Source of the DNA: Mobula hypostoma
Taxonomy: Eukaryota
Reading direction: 5' to 3'
Assembly (NCBI RefSeq): GCF_963921235.1
Contig: NC_086097.1
Span: forward strand, 170,254,001-170,318,000
Length of the DNA: 64,000 bases
Both the position numbers and the translations under genes were made by a program. Position 1 is the first letter of the stretch; the number at the start of each line of letters is the position of its first letter. Under the pieces are notes generated by a model. It saw only the letters and a program-made list of their open reading frames with translations. It was not told the DNA's origin and did not search any database. Below, piece after piece: positions 1-12,834 of this stretch.

Positions 1-724
1 CAAACTGCAGAGATGCAAAGGGACTTGGGAGTCCTTGTGCAGGATACCCTAAAGGTTAACCTCCAGACTGAGTTGGTGGTGAAGAAGGCAAATGAAACGT
101 TGTCATTCATTTCTAGAAGTATAGAATATAAGAGCAAGGATGTGATGTTGAGGCCTAGAAGACAGTTAGGAGACCACACTTGGAGTATTGTGTGCAGTTT
201 TGGGCTCCTTATTTTAGAAAAGATATACTGACATTGGAGAGGGATCAGAGAAGATTCACAAGGCTGATTCCAGGAATGAAAGGATTACCATATGAGGAAC
301 GTCTGGTAGCTCTTGGGCTGTACTGTCTGGAGTTCAGGAGAATGAGGGGGGATCACATAGAAACATTCCAAATGTTAAAAGGCCTGAACAGATTAGATAT
401 GGCAAAGTTATTTCCCATGGTAGGGGAGTCTAGAACAAGAGAATTGAAGGACATCCATCTAGAACAGAGATGCGGAGAAATTACTTTAGTCAGAGGGTGG
501 TAAATCTGTGGAATTTGTTGCCATGAATGGCTGTGGAGGCCAAGTCATTGGGTGCATTTAAGGCTGAGATAGATAGGTTCTTGATTAGCTAGGGCATGAA
601 AGGGTATGGGGAGAAGGCAGGGAATGGGGATGACTGGAAGAATTGGATCAGCCCATGATTGAATGGTGGAGCAGACTCGATGGGCCGAATGGCCTACTTC
701 TACTCCTATATCTTATGGTCTTGT
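1..724 (+). mobile_element. CR1-clade LINE, 3' end (RT C-terminus, 3' UTR and tail), runs off window start
   Basis: ORFs 13..231 and 180..503 give QRDLGVLV, EYCVQFWAPY, RRFTRLIPGM, RRMRGDHIE. Ends with gatgggccgaatggcctacttctactcctatatcttatggtcttg. Confidence 0.93.
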
Positions 725-1000
725 GATTAAACCTGTACCCCTTGGTTCTTGATTTCCAAATCCTGAGCGAAAGTTTGTATGCATTAACCCCAGCTATGCT
801 CCTTGTGAGTTTCTACATCTGCACAAGATTCTTTTTTCTCCCACACTCCAATGAGAAAAGTCCTAATCTATTTTACCTAACTCCATAACAGTCCTGGCAA
901 TATCCTGATAAATCTCCTCTACACTTTTTCTAGCTTCATGGCATATATCCTATAAAATAGTGACCAAAACCAAATCCAATCTTCTAAATGCAGCCTCATC
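725..1000 (-). mobile_element. Degraded CR1 3' fragment
   Basis: Antisense CR1-like phrases (cctggcaatatcctgataaatctcctctacac, tgaccaaaac...tctaaatgcagcctc). Confidence 0.6.
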
Positions 1001-1264
1001 AGATCTTTGTAGCTAAACCTACTCTAAGATACAGTTAATGCCAATATTTAATAAGCCAGAATTGCACTATACTTGACCAAAATTTCCATCCGTGCTAAGA
1101 TTTGTCTTCTTTATTTAAAGAGATCTCACAAATTACTGGCTTGAACCTCCGTTAAACATTATTGGAGCCTGCAGATCATTTAGCCATAAGATACAAAGGA
1201 GTAGCAGCCTTAAAACAGCAGTTATTACTCTCAACCAGTATTGCATTGATGATTGTTTTTACTT

Positions 1265-1533
1265 GGTGATACAGTGCAGGATAGGCCCTTTGAGCCGCGC
1301 TGCCCAGCAACCCACCAATTTAACCCTTGCCTAGTTACAGGACAGTTTACAATAACCAGTTATCCTATTAAAAGGTACGTCTTTGGACTGTGGGAGGAAA
1401 GCAGGGCACCTGGTGGAAACCCATGTAAACACAGGAAGAACGTACAAACTTTCTTACAGAGGGCGCTGGAATTCAACTCCGAACTCCAACGCCCCATGTT
1501 GTAGTAGAGTTGCGCTAACCACTGTGCTACTGG
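1265..1533 (-). mobile_element. tRNA-derived V-SINE (HE1-type)
   Basis: Minus strand starts with A-box tagcacagtggttagc and B-box-like gagttgaattcc, followed by V-domain-like gggtttccaccaggtgccctgctttcctcccacagtccaaagacgtac. Confidence 0.8.
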
Positions 1534-2659
1534 TTTTGAACAATAAAGATTTGTGGTTGCTAGTGATTGTGGCTTTTTTTTTGCTATAGATCTGCTATTT
1601 TGGAAGATTTTCACCGTGTCCTGAGTTTGCACATTTTCCTGCCGTGAATGAATAGGGTGTTTATTGCTAAGAGATTGAGATTGGAAATCAAATTTCTCGT
1701 TAAAAGAAAAAAGTTTGAAAGCATGAAGGTTATAAGCTTCATATAAATGTTTAGGGTGATGTCTTCCCTGTTGTCAATGGGATTAAAAGGTCAAACACAC
1801 AAGTGATTACATTTTAAATTTGATCTGAATATTTATGAAGAACCCTGAGCTGTACAGGCAAATGGACAACAAACTTACATCATAATGCATGGTGCTACAC
1901 AACATAGGCGACAAATGGGTGACATCAGCAATGCATTAATGAAACATTTAACCTGCTGCTTGTGCTGATCTGAAATGCATTGAATTTTGTAAAAAAATTA
2001 GATTAAAATAAATCAGATCAATAAGCTGATGCATCTAGACCTTTCAAAGCACGAATCAGGAAACTTTCATATCCGACTTGAAGAACATTAACTAAGCTAA
2101 ATTCTTGATAGACCCTTTTGGTGTCAAGGTTAGCCTGCTGCTTATTTAATCTGCATAGCGGGGTGAAATAGACAGAATGTAATCTATTGCTATTCATCAG
2201 GATCAAGAGTCTGAACATTTTCTGGCTGAGCTTGGGTAAGATTTGTCTCTTTCCCTTGAAGCCAAACTGAAAGAGTGGCTCAAGCCTACGTCAATTCCTT
2301 TGATGGGCTCCAAAATACTGTTCAATTCCCAATGACAAATAAATGCATTAGTGCCAGCAATTTATACAGAAGTTACATTCTGAGATGAACTAAGCTATCT
2401 GAAGCAGTAGAGCACCACTGAAGGCTTTATATTGCTTTTGTTCATCCTCCATTGATTATTCCAGTTGAAGGGCAGATCTTGTTAGTGTCCAAAACCCAAG
2501 GCACCCTTGAAATTGCGTCAGATTCACAAGGGTGATTCAAGTGAGGAAGTACCCACTTCAGTTGATGCAAAATGAATCAGAAGAGTTCATTATTGTGATT
2601 CGCTCCGGTAAAAGTGAATTTTAAATTGTTATATAGCCCTACAGCTCAAACCAATAAGT

Positions 2660-2950
2660 TTGTGCCAACCTGTTTTCCATATACTTATCTAAACTTCTCT
2701 TAAACGTTACAACTGAACCCGTGTCCACTGGCACTTATTCTACACCCACACCATCCTCTGACTGAAGTCGTTCCCCTCAAATATTTCACCTTTCACCCTA
2801 AACCTATGACCTTGGCTGGGTTTTTAACTCACCCAACTTGAGGGTAGAAAGCCTGGATGCATTTGCCCTATCTATACCCCTCCTAATTTTTCATACCTGT
2901 GTCGGATCTTCCCTTTGTTCTCCTGCACTTCAGGGAATAAAATCCTAATT
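2660..2950 (-). mobile_element. CR1 3' fragment
   Basis: Antisense of CR1 RT C-terminus (cacctttcaccctaaacctatgacc, tctatacccctcctaatttt). Confidence 0.7.
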
Positions 2951-3195
2951 GGCACAACGCTTTACAGTACCAGCGACCCCAGTTCAATTCTCGCCACTGC
3001 CTGTGAGGATCTTGTACGTTCTTGCTGTGGCTGTGTGTGTTTCCTCCAGGTACTCTGGTTTCCCCCCACAGTCCAAAGCCATACCAGTTGGTAGATTAGT
3101 TGGTCATTGTAAATTGTCCCATGTTTAAATTGGGGGTTGCTGGCATGTGGCTGGAAGACCCTCTTCCATGTTGTGTACCTCAATAAATAAATAAA
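2950..3195 (+). mobile_element. V-SINE
   Basis: B-box-like agttcaattctc, V-domain ttcctccaggtactctggtttccccccacagtccaaag, (aata)n tail. Homologous to 1265-1533. Confidence 0.8.
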
Positions 3196-3819
3196 CCTTT
3201 CCCTGTATTCTCAGCTTCTGTAGTCCCAGCAACAACTATGTAAATTTTCTCTACGCTCTTCCAATTGAGTAGTACTGAAATAAATCGTTCTCTGTGATTG
3301 AATTTCTGGAGCCGTGTTTCACTCTTTGAGCCTTCGGCTGGCTTTGAGCAGATTGTCAATAGTTTTCTCAGAATTCTGCAGCCTTGACTTCTCGGCACTA
3401 ATTAGTTGGTTATTAACTGAGAGGACACCTGTTAGCACCAATGACTGTGTTATCAGAGCTGTACCTAAGCTGCACTAGTCATTATAAAACAACCTGTCAC
3501 TCACCTAACTCCAGGAGTCAGCACAGAAAAGCCATAAAATGGGTTTCGAACCCTTTTCAATTTTTCCTTGATGTATTGCAAAGGAAATTATAGAATATTT
3601 TTACGATATGAATGCTTAAGACACATTTACACAGAGCCCGGTTTGTCCTGTAATTCACTGTGATGTCCAATTTTAGCTTCTGGGAAATGACAAATTCCTC
3701 TTACCTCTATAACCACTTGTCTATGAAGATTTGTTGAAAGCAAAAGCTATATTTTTTTCGAAATGCCCTCAATCATTCATTGCCTTCTGCTAATGGAAAG
3801 AGTAACTACTGGATCTCAT

Positions 3820-4130
3820 GTTCAAGTTTAATTGTCATTCAACTATACATGAATACAGCCGAATGAAACAGTGAAGCTCCAAGGCCAAGGTGCAAAACAC
3901 ACACAGCACCAGGTAGATGTAAGACAGAAAGCACGATATCAGTAAAACACAAGCACACTGAAAAATATAGTCCAAGACCCTGACTCCATGAATGTTGCAC
4001 CAATCTGCAATCGAAGACGATACAGCTTGTCTTTGCTGAGTGAACCCCAGCTTGGATGCCACACCATACTGCCTCCGGTGGAGTGCACACAATCCAATGG
4101 CTCCATCTTGGGCGGCTGTAAATAGGCAAC
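3820..4130 (-). mobile_element. Rex1/Babar-type LINE 3' UTR fragment
   Basis: Starts gttcaagtttaattgtcattc, the antisense tail pattern shared with other Rex1 3' ends in the window. Confidence 0.45.
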
Positions 4131-4492
4131 ACCGCGCTACAGTAGTGACATTATTATTATATTTAGGTCAAAATCAATATATTTAATGATTTGCAACTGC
4201 ACCCCGCCCCCCCGCCATATCCCTCAGACCTCCCGAGGGTACAGAATTCCAAATATTCCCAAACCTTCCAGATAAGAAATTCCTCCTTGCATTTCCTTCT
4301 TAAATGGGCAATGTCTTATTCTGAAACTAAACTAGAAAACTGAAACTGGAAAACCCCCACGAAGGGAGCCGTCCTACCACACTCCGCTGGTCCTGTATGT
4401 GTTTCAATTAGAATGCCTCTCATTCTTCTGAGCTCCAGTCAGTATGGTTCCAATCTGTTCAGCCTTTCCTCATGAGCTGATACTCTTGGAGG

Positions 4493-5005
4493 TGAAACCC
4501 CGCTAGTTTCCTTGGCTGCGTAAGTCTCGGGGATACACACTCCGGTCCCACCAAACCCGTAAGATTGAGATGGTTCTCCCACTCCATACCCCGGTTAAGT
4601 GTGGATGCTGTGTAATTTGCTACCCTGTTACAACTCAGTGCCAAGAAACATCAGACAGCACACCACATACGATTAAAGGAATTATATTTATGAATCTTAA
4701 CTAAAGGGTTAGTAAAGAAAAAAAAGATAAAAACAAAAAGAGGCCATTATAATTAAACAGTCAAGTGCGCACCAGTTGGAGTTCAATTCACCGATCCTCA
4801 GTCGAATTCAGTGTCTGGCTCCATCGAATCACTGTCCCCCACCTATCCTAGGACGGGTTCTTTCCAGCATCTTCTCTCTTCATCTCCCAATGTACAAAAG
4901 ACCCAGTTCACATTCCAAAGCACCTATTATCTCTCCAATAACTCAAACACTGCTTCTACAGAAAGACCATTACGTTAGCAATGAGACCTTTCCCAGGGTG
5001 TTATA
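4493..5005 (-). mobile_element. Solo LTR (family shared with 45294-47244 and 11640-12359)
   Basis: Degenerate termini (tgaaac...gttata). Reverse complement shares blocks with the 45294 LTR (ctgtag.agca.tgtttg.gttat, ttctttactaaccct, catccacac). No clean TSD. Confidence 0.65.
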
Positions 5006-5021
5006 TGGGTGTGGCCAGTAA

Positions 5022-5560
5022 ATCAGAATCAGATTTATTATCATTGACAATTGTGGAATTTGCTGTTTCACAGCAGTAGTACAGTGCAATACATAAAAAT
5101 ATTATAAATTACAACAAGAAATATATAGTGCAAAAAGAGGGCAAAAATTGTGAGGTGCTGTTCAAGGGATGGTTTATTGTCCATTCAAAAATATAACGGT
5201 GGAGAGGAAGAAGCTGTTGCTAAAATGCTGAGTGTGTGTCTTCAGGCTCCTGTACCTCCTCCTTGATGGTACTAATGAAAAGAGAGTCTGTCTTGAGTGA
5301 TAGGGATCCTCATGATGGATACTGCCTTTTTGAGGTATTGCCTGTTGATAATATCCTTGATGCTAGGGAGGTTATTGTTTATGATGGAGCTGATGAGCTT
5401 GCAACCCTCTCCATCTTTATCCAATCCTGTGCTGTGGCCCCTCCATACCAGATGGTGATGCAACCCGTCAGGATGCTGTCCTCGGGACATCTATAGAAAT
5501 TTGATGGAGTCTTTGGTGACATTCCAAATCTCCTCAAACTCCTAATGAAATATAACCGCT
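5022..5560 (-). mobile_element. Rex1/Babar LINE 3' fragment
   Basis: (aatcag)n tail. Antisense ORF has LPSIKDIINRQYLKKAVSIMR, typical of the Rex1 RT C-terminus. Confidence 0.75.
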
Positions 5561-5589
5561 AGCAGCAAAGATGGAATTTCCCCCTTATC

Positions 5590-6010
5590 AGATGTTGAAA
5601 TGGGAAAGATGATGCAGGGAAGATATACCAGGATGGTGCCTGGATTAGTGCGTATGTCTATGCCAATGTTGAGAGAGCTAAGGCTTTTCTCTTTGGAGCA
5701 ACGGAGGATGAGATGAGACTTGTTAGTGCTGTATAAGATGATGAAAGGCATGCATAGAGTGGACAACCAGCACCCTTTTTCCAATGGCTAGTATGAGAGG
5801 ACATCCTTTCAAGGCTAGTGGAGGCTCATTTAGTGGAGATGTCAGAGATAGTTCTCTTTCTAACACAGAGAGTGGTAGCTGCATGGAACACCCGGCGGGG
5901 CGATGGTGGAGGTGGATACATTAGGGACAGTTAACAGGCTTAGGTGGGCACATACATGAAGTAAAATTGGGGTCTATGAGCAAGGGAAGAGTTAGATTGA
6001 TCTTGGAATA
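5590..6010 (+). mobile_element. CR1 3' fragment
   Basis: gatgcagggaagatataccaggatggtgcctgg ... cttttctctttggagcaacggaggatgag ... cagagagtggtagctgcatggaac. Confidence 0.75.
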
Positions 6011-6609
6011 GGTGAGTAAGAAACAACATAAAAGATGTTATAAACTAAAGTAGAAGAGGGGTTTAATGGGTTAAGTGGTCTGTTCTTTCAACTAGGAAAA
6101 ATGAAGAGATGTACAAACAGACAAGTGAGTTGTGGCAACATCAGTTGTCCTTTTCCAGCCATTGAAATAACTCGGACGTTGCTCTATTGTCTCTTTTATG
6201 GCAGCATTATGATATTCTGCTTGTATTGTGAGCTACTTAAGGAAGAATACTGTCATCTTACGCTCCAAAAACACAGTCCACATGAAGAATCCATGCAAGA
6301 CCCAATGGCATTTCTCTTGGCTTCACCAGCCTCAAAATCTTAAATTGGGCATTTTCAAATAGGATGGGAATTGGAAGCAACTGATATGGACATTAATGTA
6401 CAAGTGGCAAAACAAACCCACCTGTGCCTGTGAATGCAGTAACCCGGATTAAACAATAGAGCCCGTCATCAGCACTTTGGCCTGATAGAAAGTCAGTGGA
6501 AAGATTGTTGAGATAAATTCCCCATCCAAAATGGCCACCCAATGGCTTAGACATCTCAAGCTTAATCTATAATTGATGTAAAATGTACTTCATTTGAAGC
6601 AATTGCAAA

Positions 6610-7170
6610 ATAGCCCTGACAACTCTCACCACTTTTTCCAGATGCACCATAGAAAACGTTTAAACCAGATGCATAATAGCTTGATCAGGCAACTGCTCAG
6701 TCTAAGGCTCAAAGAAATTGCAAGGAATTGTGAATGCATCTCAGTTCATCATGCAGGCCAGCCTCCTTCCATTGACTCCGTCTACACTTCCCATTGCCTC
6801 ACGAAACAGCCAACATAATCAAAGACCCCTCCCATCTCAGTCACTTTCTGTTCCTGCATCTCCTGTTGGGCAGAAGATACAAAAGCTGAGAAATACATAC
6901 TCCTGGACTCTAGAACAGCTCCTATCCCACTGTTGCAATGCTCTTGAATGAACTTTTCATATGCTAAAAGTTGATCTCTTGATCTCAGAATCTACCTTAT
7001 CGTGGCACTAGCACCTACAATGCACTTTCTCTGTAATTGTAACGCTACATCCCGTGTTCTTTTTCCTTTTTACTAACATGTAATTATGTATTGAAATATC
7101 TGTCTGGATGCATGTGAACAAAAGCTTTTGACTGTATCTTGGTAATAATAACCCAGTAACTAATTCTGAT
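6610..7170 (+). mobile_element. Rex1/Babar LINE 3' end
   Basis: QPPSIDSVYTSHCL motif in ORF 6594..6818, followed by the 3' UTR shared with 35700-36420 and 30055-30340. Confidence 0.75.
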
Positions 7171-7789
7171 TCCAAACAAGGAACCCAGGAAACTTTGTAT
7201 TTCAACACAAAGAAAAAACATGAGAACTAAAGACATGTTTTCTAACCTGTGAAATATACTTAATTGAGATGTGGATAATGATTAATAGCAGTGATAATTT
7301 TGTGCACCGAGTTGGTTTTTAATGAGCTTGATGAGAGTAATTTTCTAATTCTTGACTCACAATTTAAATTATGCACTGCCACCTCATGTTATTTTCCTTG
7401 CATCTTCACCTATGTAGACAGTAGTCATTATTAATGTCCATCACAAAATCAAATGAAAATTTGAAAATATTTATACATTCAGTTCTTTTAGGGACTTCAA
7501 CCTGTCGGCTGTTTCAAAGCATCAGCTGGTTACCTTACCTTTCTGTGACACCCTGCGTTTTTTTACTTTCTGGAATATGTATAAACTCCACTTGAAAAAT
7601 TAGCCCTTTCACACACTGCACCCTGATCTCCATAATTCATCGCATTAATATAAGTGTTTCCTTATCCCCCATTTGAATCCTTTATTAATCGTTGTAGACT
7701 TGTATCACCTTATTAATATCCCTCCTCCCATTACTCCTGTGTATTCTTTCACTGCCCTTCTAAATGACTTGAACTATCTTGAGATATTG

Positions 7790-8255
7790 AGTGGTGGCCT
7801 CAGAGAGGTTCAAAAAACCATGAAGGGCATAAATAAAATGGATGGCCTCAGTCTTCTTGCCAGGGTGGAGCAATCTAAAACTTGAGAGGAGAGGTTCAAG
7901 GTCAGAGGGGAAAGGTTTGAAGGGTTGTTATCAGTTTATTATCGTCACATGCAAGAGATGGGCAATAGTGAAAAGCTGTTTACATGTCTTCCGGGCAGAT
8001 CATGTCTGAGGCACTATTTTCTCACACAGAGGGTGGCAGGTTTGTGGGATGAGCTACCAGAGGTATTAGTGGAGGTGAGTACAATTACAACATTTAAGAG
8101 ACATTTGGACCGGTACATGGATAGGAAAGGTTTAATGGCATATGGACCAAATTAGGCAAATTGGACCAGCTCAGTTAGGCAACTTGGTCAGTGTGGGTGA
8201 GTTGGGTCGATGTCGATGGCCTATTTTTCCATGTTGCATAGCTCAGTGATTCTAT
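7790..8255 (+). mobile_element. CR1 3' fragment with short internal insertion
   Basis: FLTQRVAGLWDELPEVLVE...FKRHLDRYM in ORF 7925..8155. Confidence 0.75.
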
Positions 8256-8399
8256 AACTACTCAGATACAGGTTTGGGACCCAGTCAAATGGTACAAAAA
8301 CAGGATGGTTAAAACATCACAATAAAACAGTTCAAAATTAATGCATTCAGGAGGATTGAGGAAGAACTGAAACAAAGACAAACTTTTTGCATTAATAGG

Positions 8400-8615
8400 A
8401 CTGTAGGAAGATCCTGCTGCTGCCTGCCTGAGAGTTTGTATGTTCTCCCCATGACCACGTGGATTTCCTTCAGGTGCTTTGGTTTCCTCCAATAGTGCAA
8501 CAGAACCAGTTATTGTTCTTTGTAAATTGTCTCATGATTAGGTTAGGTTTGAATCGGGGACTGCTACGCAGTGCGGATCAAAGGGTTGGAAGCTGTATCT
8601 CAATAAACAAATATA
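8400..8615 (+). mobile_element. V-SINE fragment
   Basis: agtttgtatgttctccccatgaccacgtggatttccttcaggtgctttggtttcctcc ... gtatctcaataaac. Confidence 0.7.
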
Positions 8616-10398
8616 TGAATAAATGAGGATAGAAAGAATGTGTGTGATGGACGTGTCCTGTAATGACCTGGAACATTTGGACACCAATCTAAAAGTAGTA
8701 ATTGATACCATCAGATTAATCATGAATAACAAATGTTATCACTAACTGGTGATCAATGCAATCATTAAACACTAAACAGTTTATAATTATAATGTAGTGT
8801 TGAGCGAGTGCAGGATACCTGTCATTGACTGTGAGAAAGCAATCTGAACCAATGGTTCCACTATGTATGGGTGGGGCATTTGGGTGGGAATTTAGAATTG
8901 AGATTACAGTTGTATATTGTCTAGCAGTATCCTTGAGGGGCCGAGTGACCTACTACTTTTAATTTGTATATCAGTGTATACATACATGTGTAGTTGTGTG
9001 TTGCCTCCACAATTAGCTACAGATTCTTGCAGTCTTGAGCAGAATAGCTGCCATAACAAACCATGACACACCCGGATAGATTACTTTTTAAGGTACATGT
9101 ATAAAAATGGTGAGGGTCAAAAGGGGTCATGCTGAATATCTTTAGCCTTCTGTGGAAGTAGAGGCCCTATTATGCCTTCTTGGCCATGATATTTAGAGAC
9201 CAGAGCAGGTAATATTTACTACTAGGAAGTTGAAACTCCCAACCATCTTGACCTCTGCACATTGATGTAAACAGCAGCATGTTCACTGCTTGCTTCTGAA
9301 GTGAGGCCAGGTGAGATAGTGGAGATGCAATCAGATTTTTGTCCATGATCCAGGTATCATGTGAACCTGTGGTTAAGATTGCCATTTTTATAAACACTAC
9401 CAGGTATCCAGCACTCTCTTCAATAACCTGACTATACCCTTACATTAAATGTGTGCTATAATTATAAAGTTGTGAGGTGAGAAATGGTATCTCTTCCACC
9501 CTCTGTAGTGCTCCCAATCAAAGGTAACTTATAGATAAGAGGCAGTGCGGCATTTTTTCCGCTTTCACTCTGTTTCTGACAACCATAATTATTATTTCAG
9601 AGCATCACAAGGGAAGGTAGCTGCAGGTTGCATACTTATAGTGTTAAGTAATTAACTCAGCCATCAGATCTCACATCCCTTTATATTTAAGCACCTTCAT
9701 TAATTTCAATGAGGAAAAAGTAATTTAAATAAGACCCCTGCAAATATCTGTTTACAGGTCAATTAACATTTTATTTTTAATATCATTTTCTCAGTGAGTT
9801 CCTATCAGGTATTAATAATGTCTTCAAAATCAAATACCAGAATCATCAGTAGATTGAGCAATAAATACCTTGCATTAAAGAGCTTAAAAATAATTCTATC
9901 TTTCCATGGTAGGCTTTCTAGAAGGTTTAGATTTATTATTGATCACACTATTCATTTGTTTAGAGTGACTTGTGTTTTGCAGTAGAGCCTTTGTTTTATG
10001 CTCTGTACAACTAATTATAAAAATGAGTCTAAAATTTTGCAGTTTCAACAGAAATATCAATCGATGAAGTGTGTGGTAGCCAAGCCGTTCAGCCTCTGCC
10101 TTTTTGAATGTTAAAGTCTGGCCAGGTTTGTGTTTTTATTTCCCATTCATCTTTCCACTAGTTGAAAAGATTGAGGCATGGCCCAGGAATACAAGGCAAT
10201 CAATAATAAATCCAACAGGGCCTCTTCTGCCCAGGGAGTGTCGAGAATGAGCAACTATCTCCATATGCAGTACCTGCGATGAAGATTAGAATCAGAGTCA
10301 GAATCAGGTTTAATTTCATTGGCATAGGTTGTCAAATTTTGCTGTTATGCAGATGCAGTATATTGTAATACATAATAATAAAAACTGTGAAAATACAC

Positions 10399-10843
10399 TG
10401 TCACGCAGGTGAGAAACTGCTAGAAAGTTCAGCAGTCAAATGAACAAGGAGGCAATTAAAAGAGAGCGAGAATACGGCGCGAGCTGAGACACGAGCTGGG
10501 AAGTCACCATGGTAACAACCCAGAGCGGTTGAGCTAACGGACGCTGGAGTTTTGGATGGATTATAAAAAGTTGATCCTTCAGTCTGATAACGGCAGAGGA
10601 GACACGACACGAGAGAACTGGGGAAGCTACCCAAGAAACCACTGGTGGTGTTTAAGGCCACCACGAGGGTGGAGGCGACGGACCGATTAATTTTGACCCG
10701 TGATTACCAGTGTGGGTAAAAGCTTGCCTGTGGGAGTCTGTTGGTGGTGAACCCGTGCCGTGGGTTAGTAGACCGTTCCCTAGAAGGGGCTCTGTCCATT
10801 TGTGTCTGTGTGGGGGTCACACAAAGTGACTCTGAAGACTCTC

Positions 10844-10885
<42 letters not shown>

Positions 10886-11208
10886 AATTCAACTCGACGC
10901 AACACAAAGTGAACTGAACTGCTTAAACTTACCTGACACCGTAAGACTGATATCTACCTCCTAGACTATTTTTTTTTTGTAACCACACACACATTTACGG
11001 ATATATGTATATATTATATAATATATAATATATAATATAATAGTTATAATAGTTTATAACCTGTATTGTATTATTCATTTTAATGATATTAATTCATAGT
11101 CTTCGTAGATATTAATTCATATAAATATAGTCTTAATTTATAGTAAACCAGGCTCCAGGTGTGTTCCATTTCTGCTGGTCCTTTTCAACCCGTCATGGGG
11201 TTCGTGAC

Positions 11209-11209
<1 letters not shown>
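10399..11209 (+). mobile_element. Solo LTR, 811 bp, TSD ACAC
   Basis: Termini TGTCACG...CGTGACA (perfect 7-bp inverted). ACAC at 10395-10398 and 11210-11213. TATA-like ttataaaa near 10561. Strand inferred from that motif. Confidence 0.85.
10839..10880. repeat. (CT)n microsatellite inside solo LTR
   Basis: Direct reading. Confidence 0.95.

Positions 11210-11257
<48 letters not shown>
11210..11257. repeat. (AC)n microsatellite
   Basis: About 24 AC units directly after the LTR end. Confidence 0.97.
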
Positions 11258-11258
<1 letters not shown>

Positions 11259-11639
11259 AGTCCGTTTCATTGTCCATTCTGAAATTGGATGGCAGATGGG
11301 AAGAAGTTGTGCCTTCAGGCTCCTGTACCTCCTCCCTGATGATAGCAATGAGAAGAGGGTATGCCCTGGGCGGTGGGGGTCCCTTAATGATGGATGCTGG
11401 TTTTCTGAGGCATCACTCCTTGAAGATATTCTGGATGCTTGGGAGGTTAATGTCCATGATGGAGCTGGCTGAGTTTACAACTTTTGATCCTGTGTAATGG
11501 CCCCTCCCCCATACCAGATGGTGATGCAACCAGTTAGAATGCTCTCCACTATACATCTGCGGAAATTATGATGTTTTTGATGATATACCAATACTCTTCA
11601 ATCTCCTAATGAAATATAGCCACTATTGTGCCTTCTTTG

Positions 11640-12359
11640 TATAAGGGGTTTCTTCTTTCATGTTATTTGCAAAGGCTAATAAAATGGCTTCTTTGTTATG
11701 TTATAATAAAATGGCTTCTCTGTAATGTTAACCACTGAGTTAACGGTAGCAGCTTGTTTGGGTTATAATTACTGATAACGGGAATTGTATTCATTTGCTA
11801 ACCAATTGGGATAGATGTTGTTCTTTCTTGTGTGTCTGTAAGCTATTGTTTTCGCAGGCTTTGGGCAGAAGGTGCGATGGGGACAGAGAGAGGAGACACG
11901 ATGAGAGAGATGCTGTAAGCTGGGCGAGGATCAGACCCAAGAGGGAGTCCGAGGCCCAGGGCTTTTCAGGAGGAGAACCGAAGAGGAAGGACATGCTGGA
12001 CGTGCTCTGGTCGACCACCGTGATTGGTCCCAGACGGCAGGTCGAGGGGGTCGGAGGGGATCGAATGGTGGAAAGAAGACTCCGTTAATTGAGCTCCAAC
12101 GGTTGTGCACGAAGTGGTTGAACTCTGATAAGTTTGGCACCTTGTTCTTGCCTTTTATATTGTATCTCTATTATAGTTCCAGTAAGATCTATAGAGTGTA
12201 ATCTGTAAATCGTACATGGTGTGCTATCTGTTAATTGGCGGTGTGGGGCACATCACACGGCATCCACACAAACTTGATTACCCAGTCTGGCGGGGCCAAA
12301 GGCTGCTCCCCCTAGACGAAAGCGAGCTGAGCGAGCCTGAGGCTCACCAGGAGGCTACA
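11640..12359 (+). mobile_element. Solo LTR, 720 bp, TSD TTTG
   Basis: TATAAGGGG (TG>TA) ... GGCTACA. TTTG at 11636-11639 and 12360-12363. Removal restores host Rex1 gccttctttgtaattgc. Confidence 0.85.
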
Positions 12360-12834
12360 TTTGTAATTGCTTCAATATTTTGGGCCCAGGATAGATCCTC
12401 AGAGACATTGACATCCAGGAACTTGAAATTGTACACTCCTTTCACTTCTGATGCCTCGATGAGGACTGGTGTGTAGTCCCTCATCTTACCCTTTCTGAAG
12501 CCCACAATCAACTCTTTGTTCTTACTGACATTGATGTAAGGTTGTTGCTGCAACACCACTCAACCAGCTGATCTACTTTGTTCCTGTATATCACCATCTG
12601 AAATTCTGCCAACAATGGTCATCTCATCGGCAAACTCATATCTGGCATTTGAGCTATGCCTAGCCATACAGTCGGGATGCAGAGAGAGTAGAGCAGTGGA
12701 CTAAGCACACATCTTTGAGGTGTACCAGTGTTGATTATCATCGAGGTGGGTATGTTATTTATTATAGATGTATTCATGGGGAAACTAGTTAAAAACATGA
12801 GGCAGGGAGGAATAGGACATATGCAGATAGGGTA

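Larger units (their letters stand above)
10285..12760 (-). mobile_element. Rex1/Babar LINE fragment interrupted by two solo LTRs
   Basis: Tail (agaatc)n at ~10285. RT motifs NVSKNKELIVGFRK and FKFLDVNVSEDLSW (ORF 12344..12559). Host sequence is contiguous across both LTR insertions. Confidence 0.8.

Noticed and set aside
1480..1533. tRNA gene
   Set aside because: The A/B boxes belong to a SINE head; no complete cloverleaf.
6096..6124. 29-nt micro-exon (ttctttcaactag|...ACAA|gtgagt)
   Set aside because: Splice-like signals only; too short to tell from chance without transcripts.
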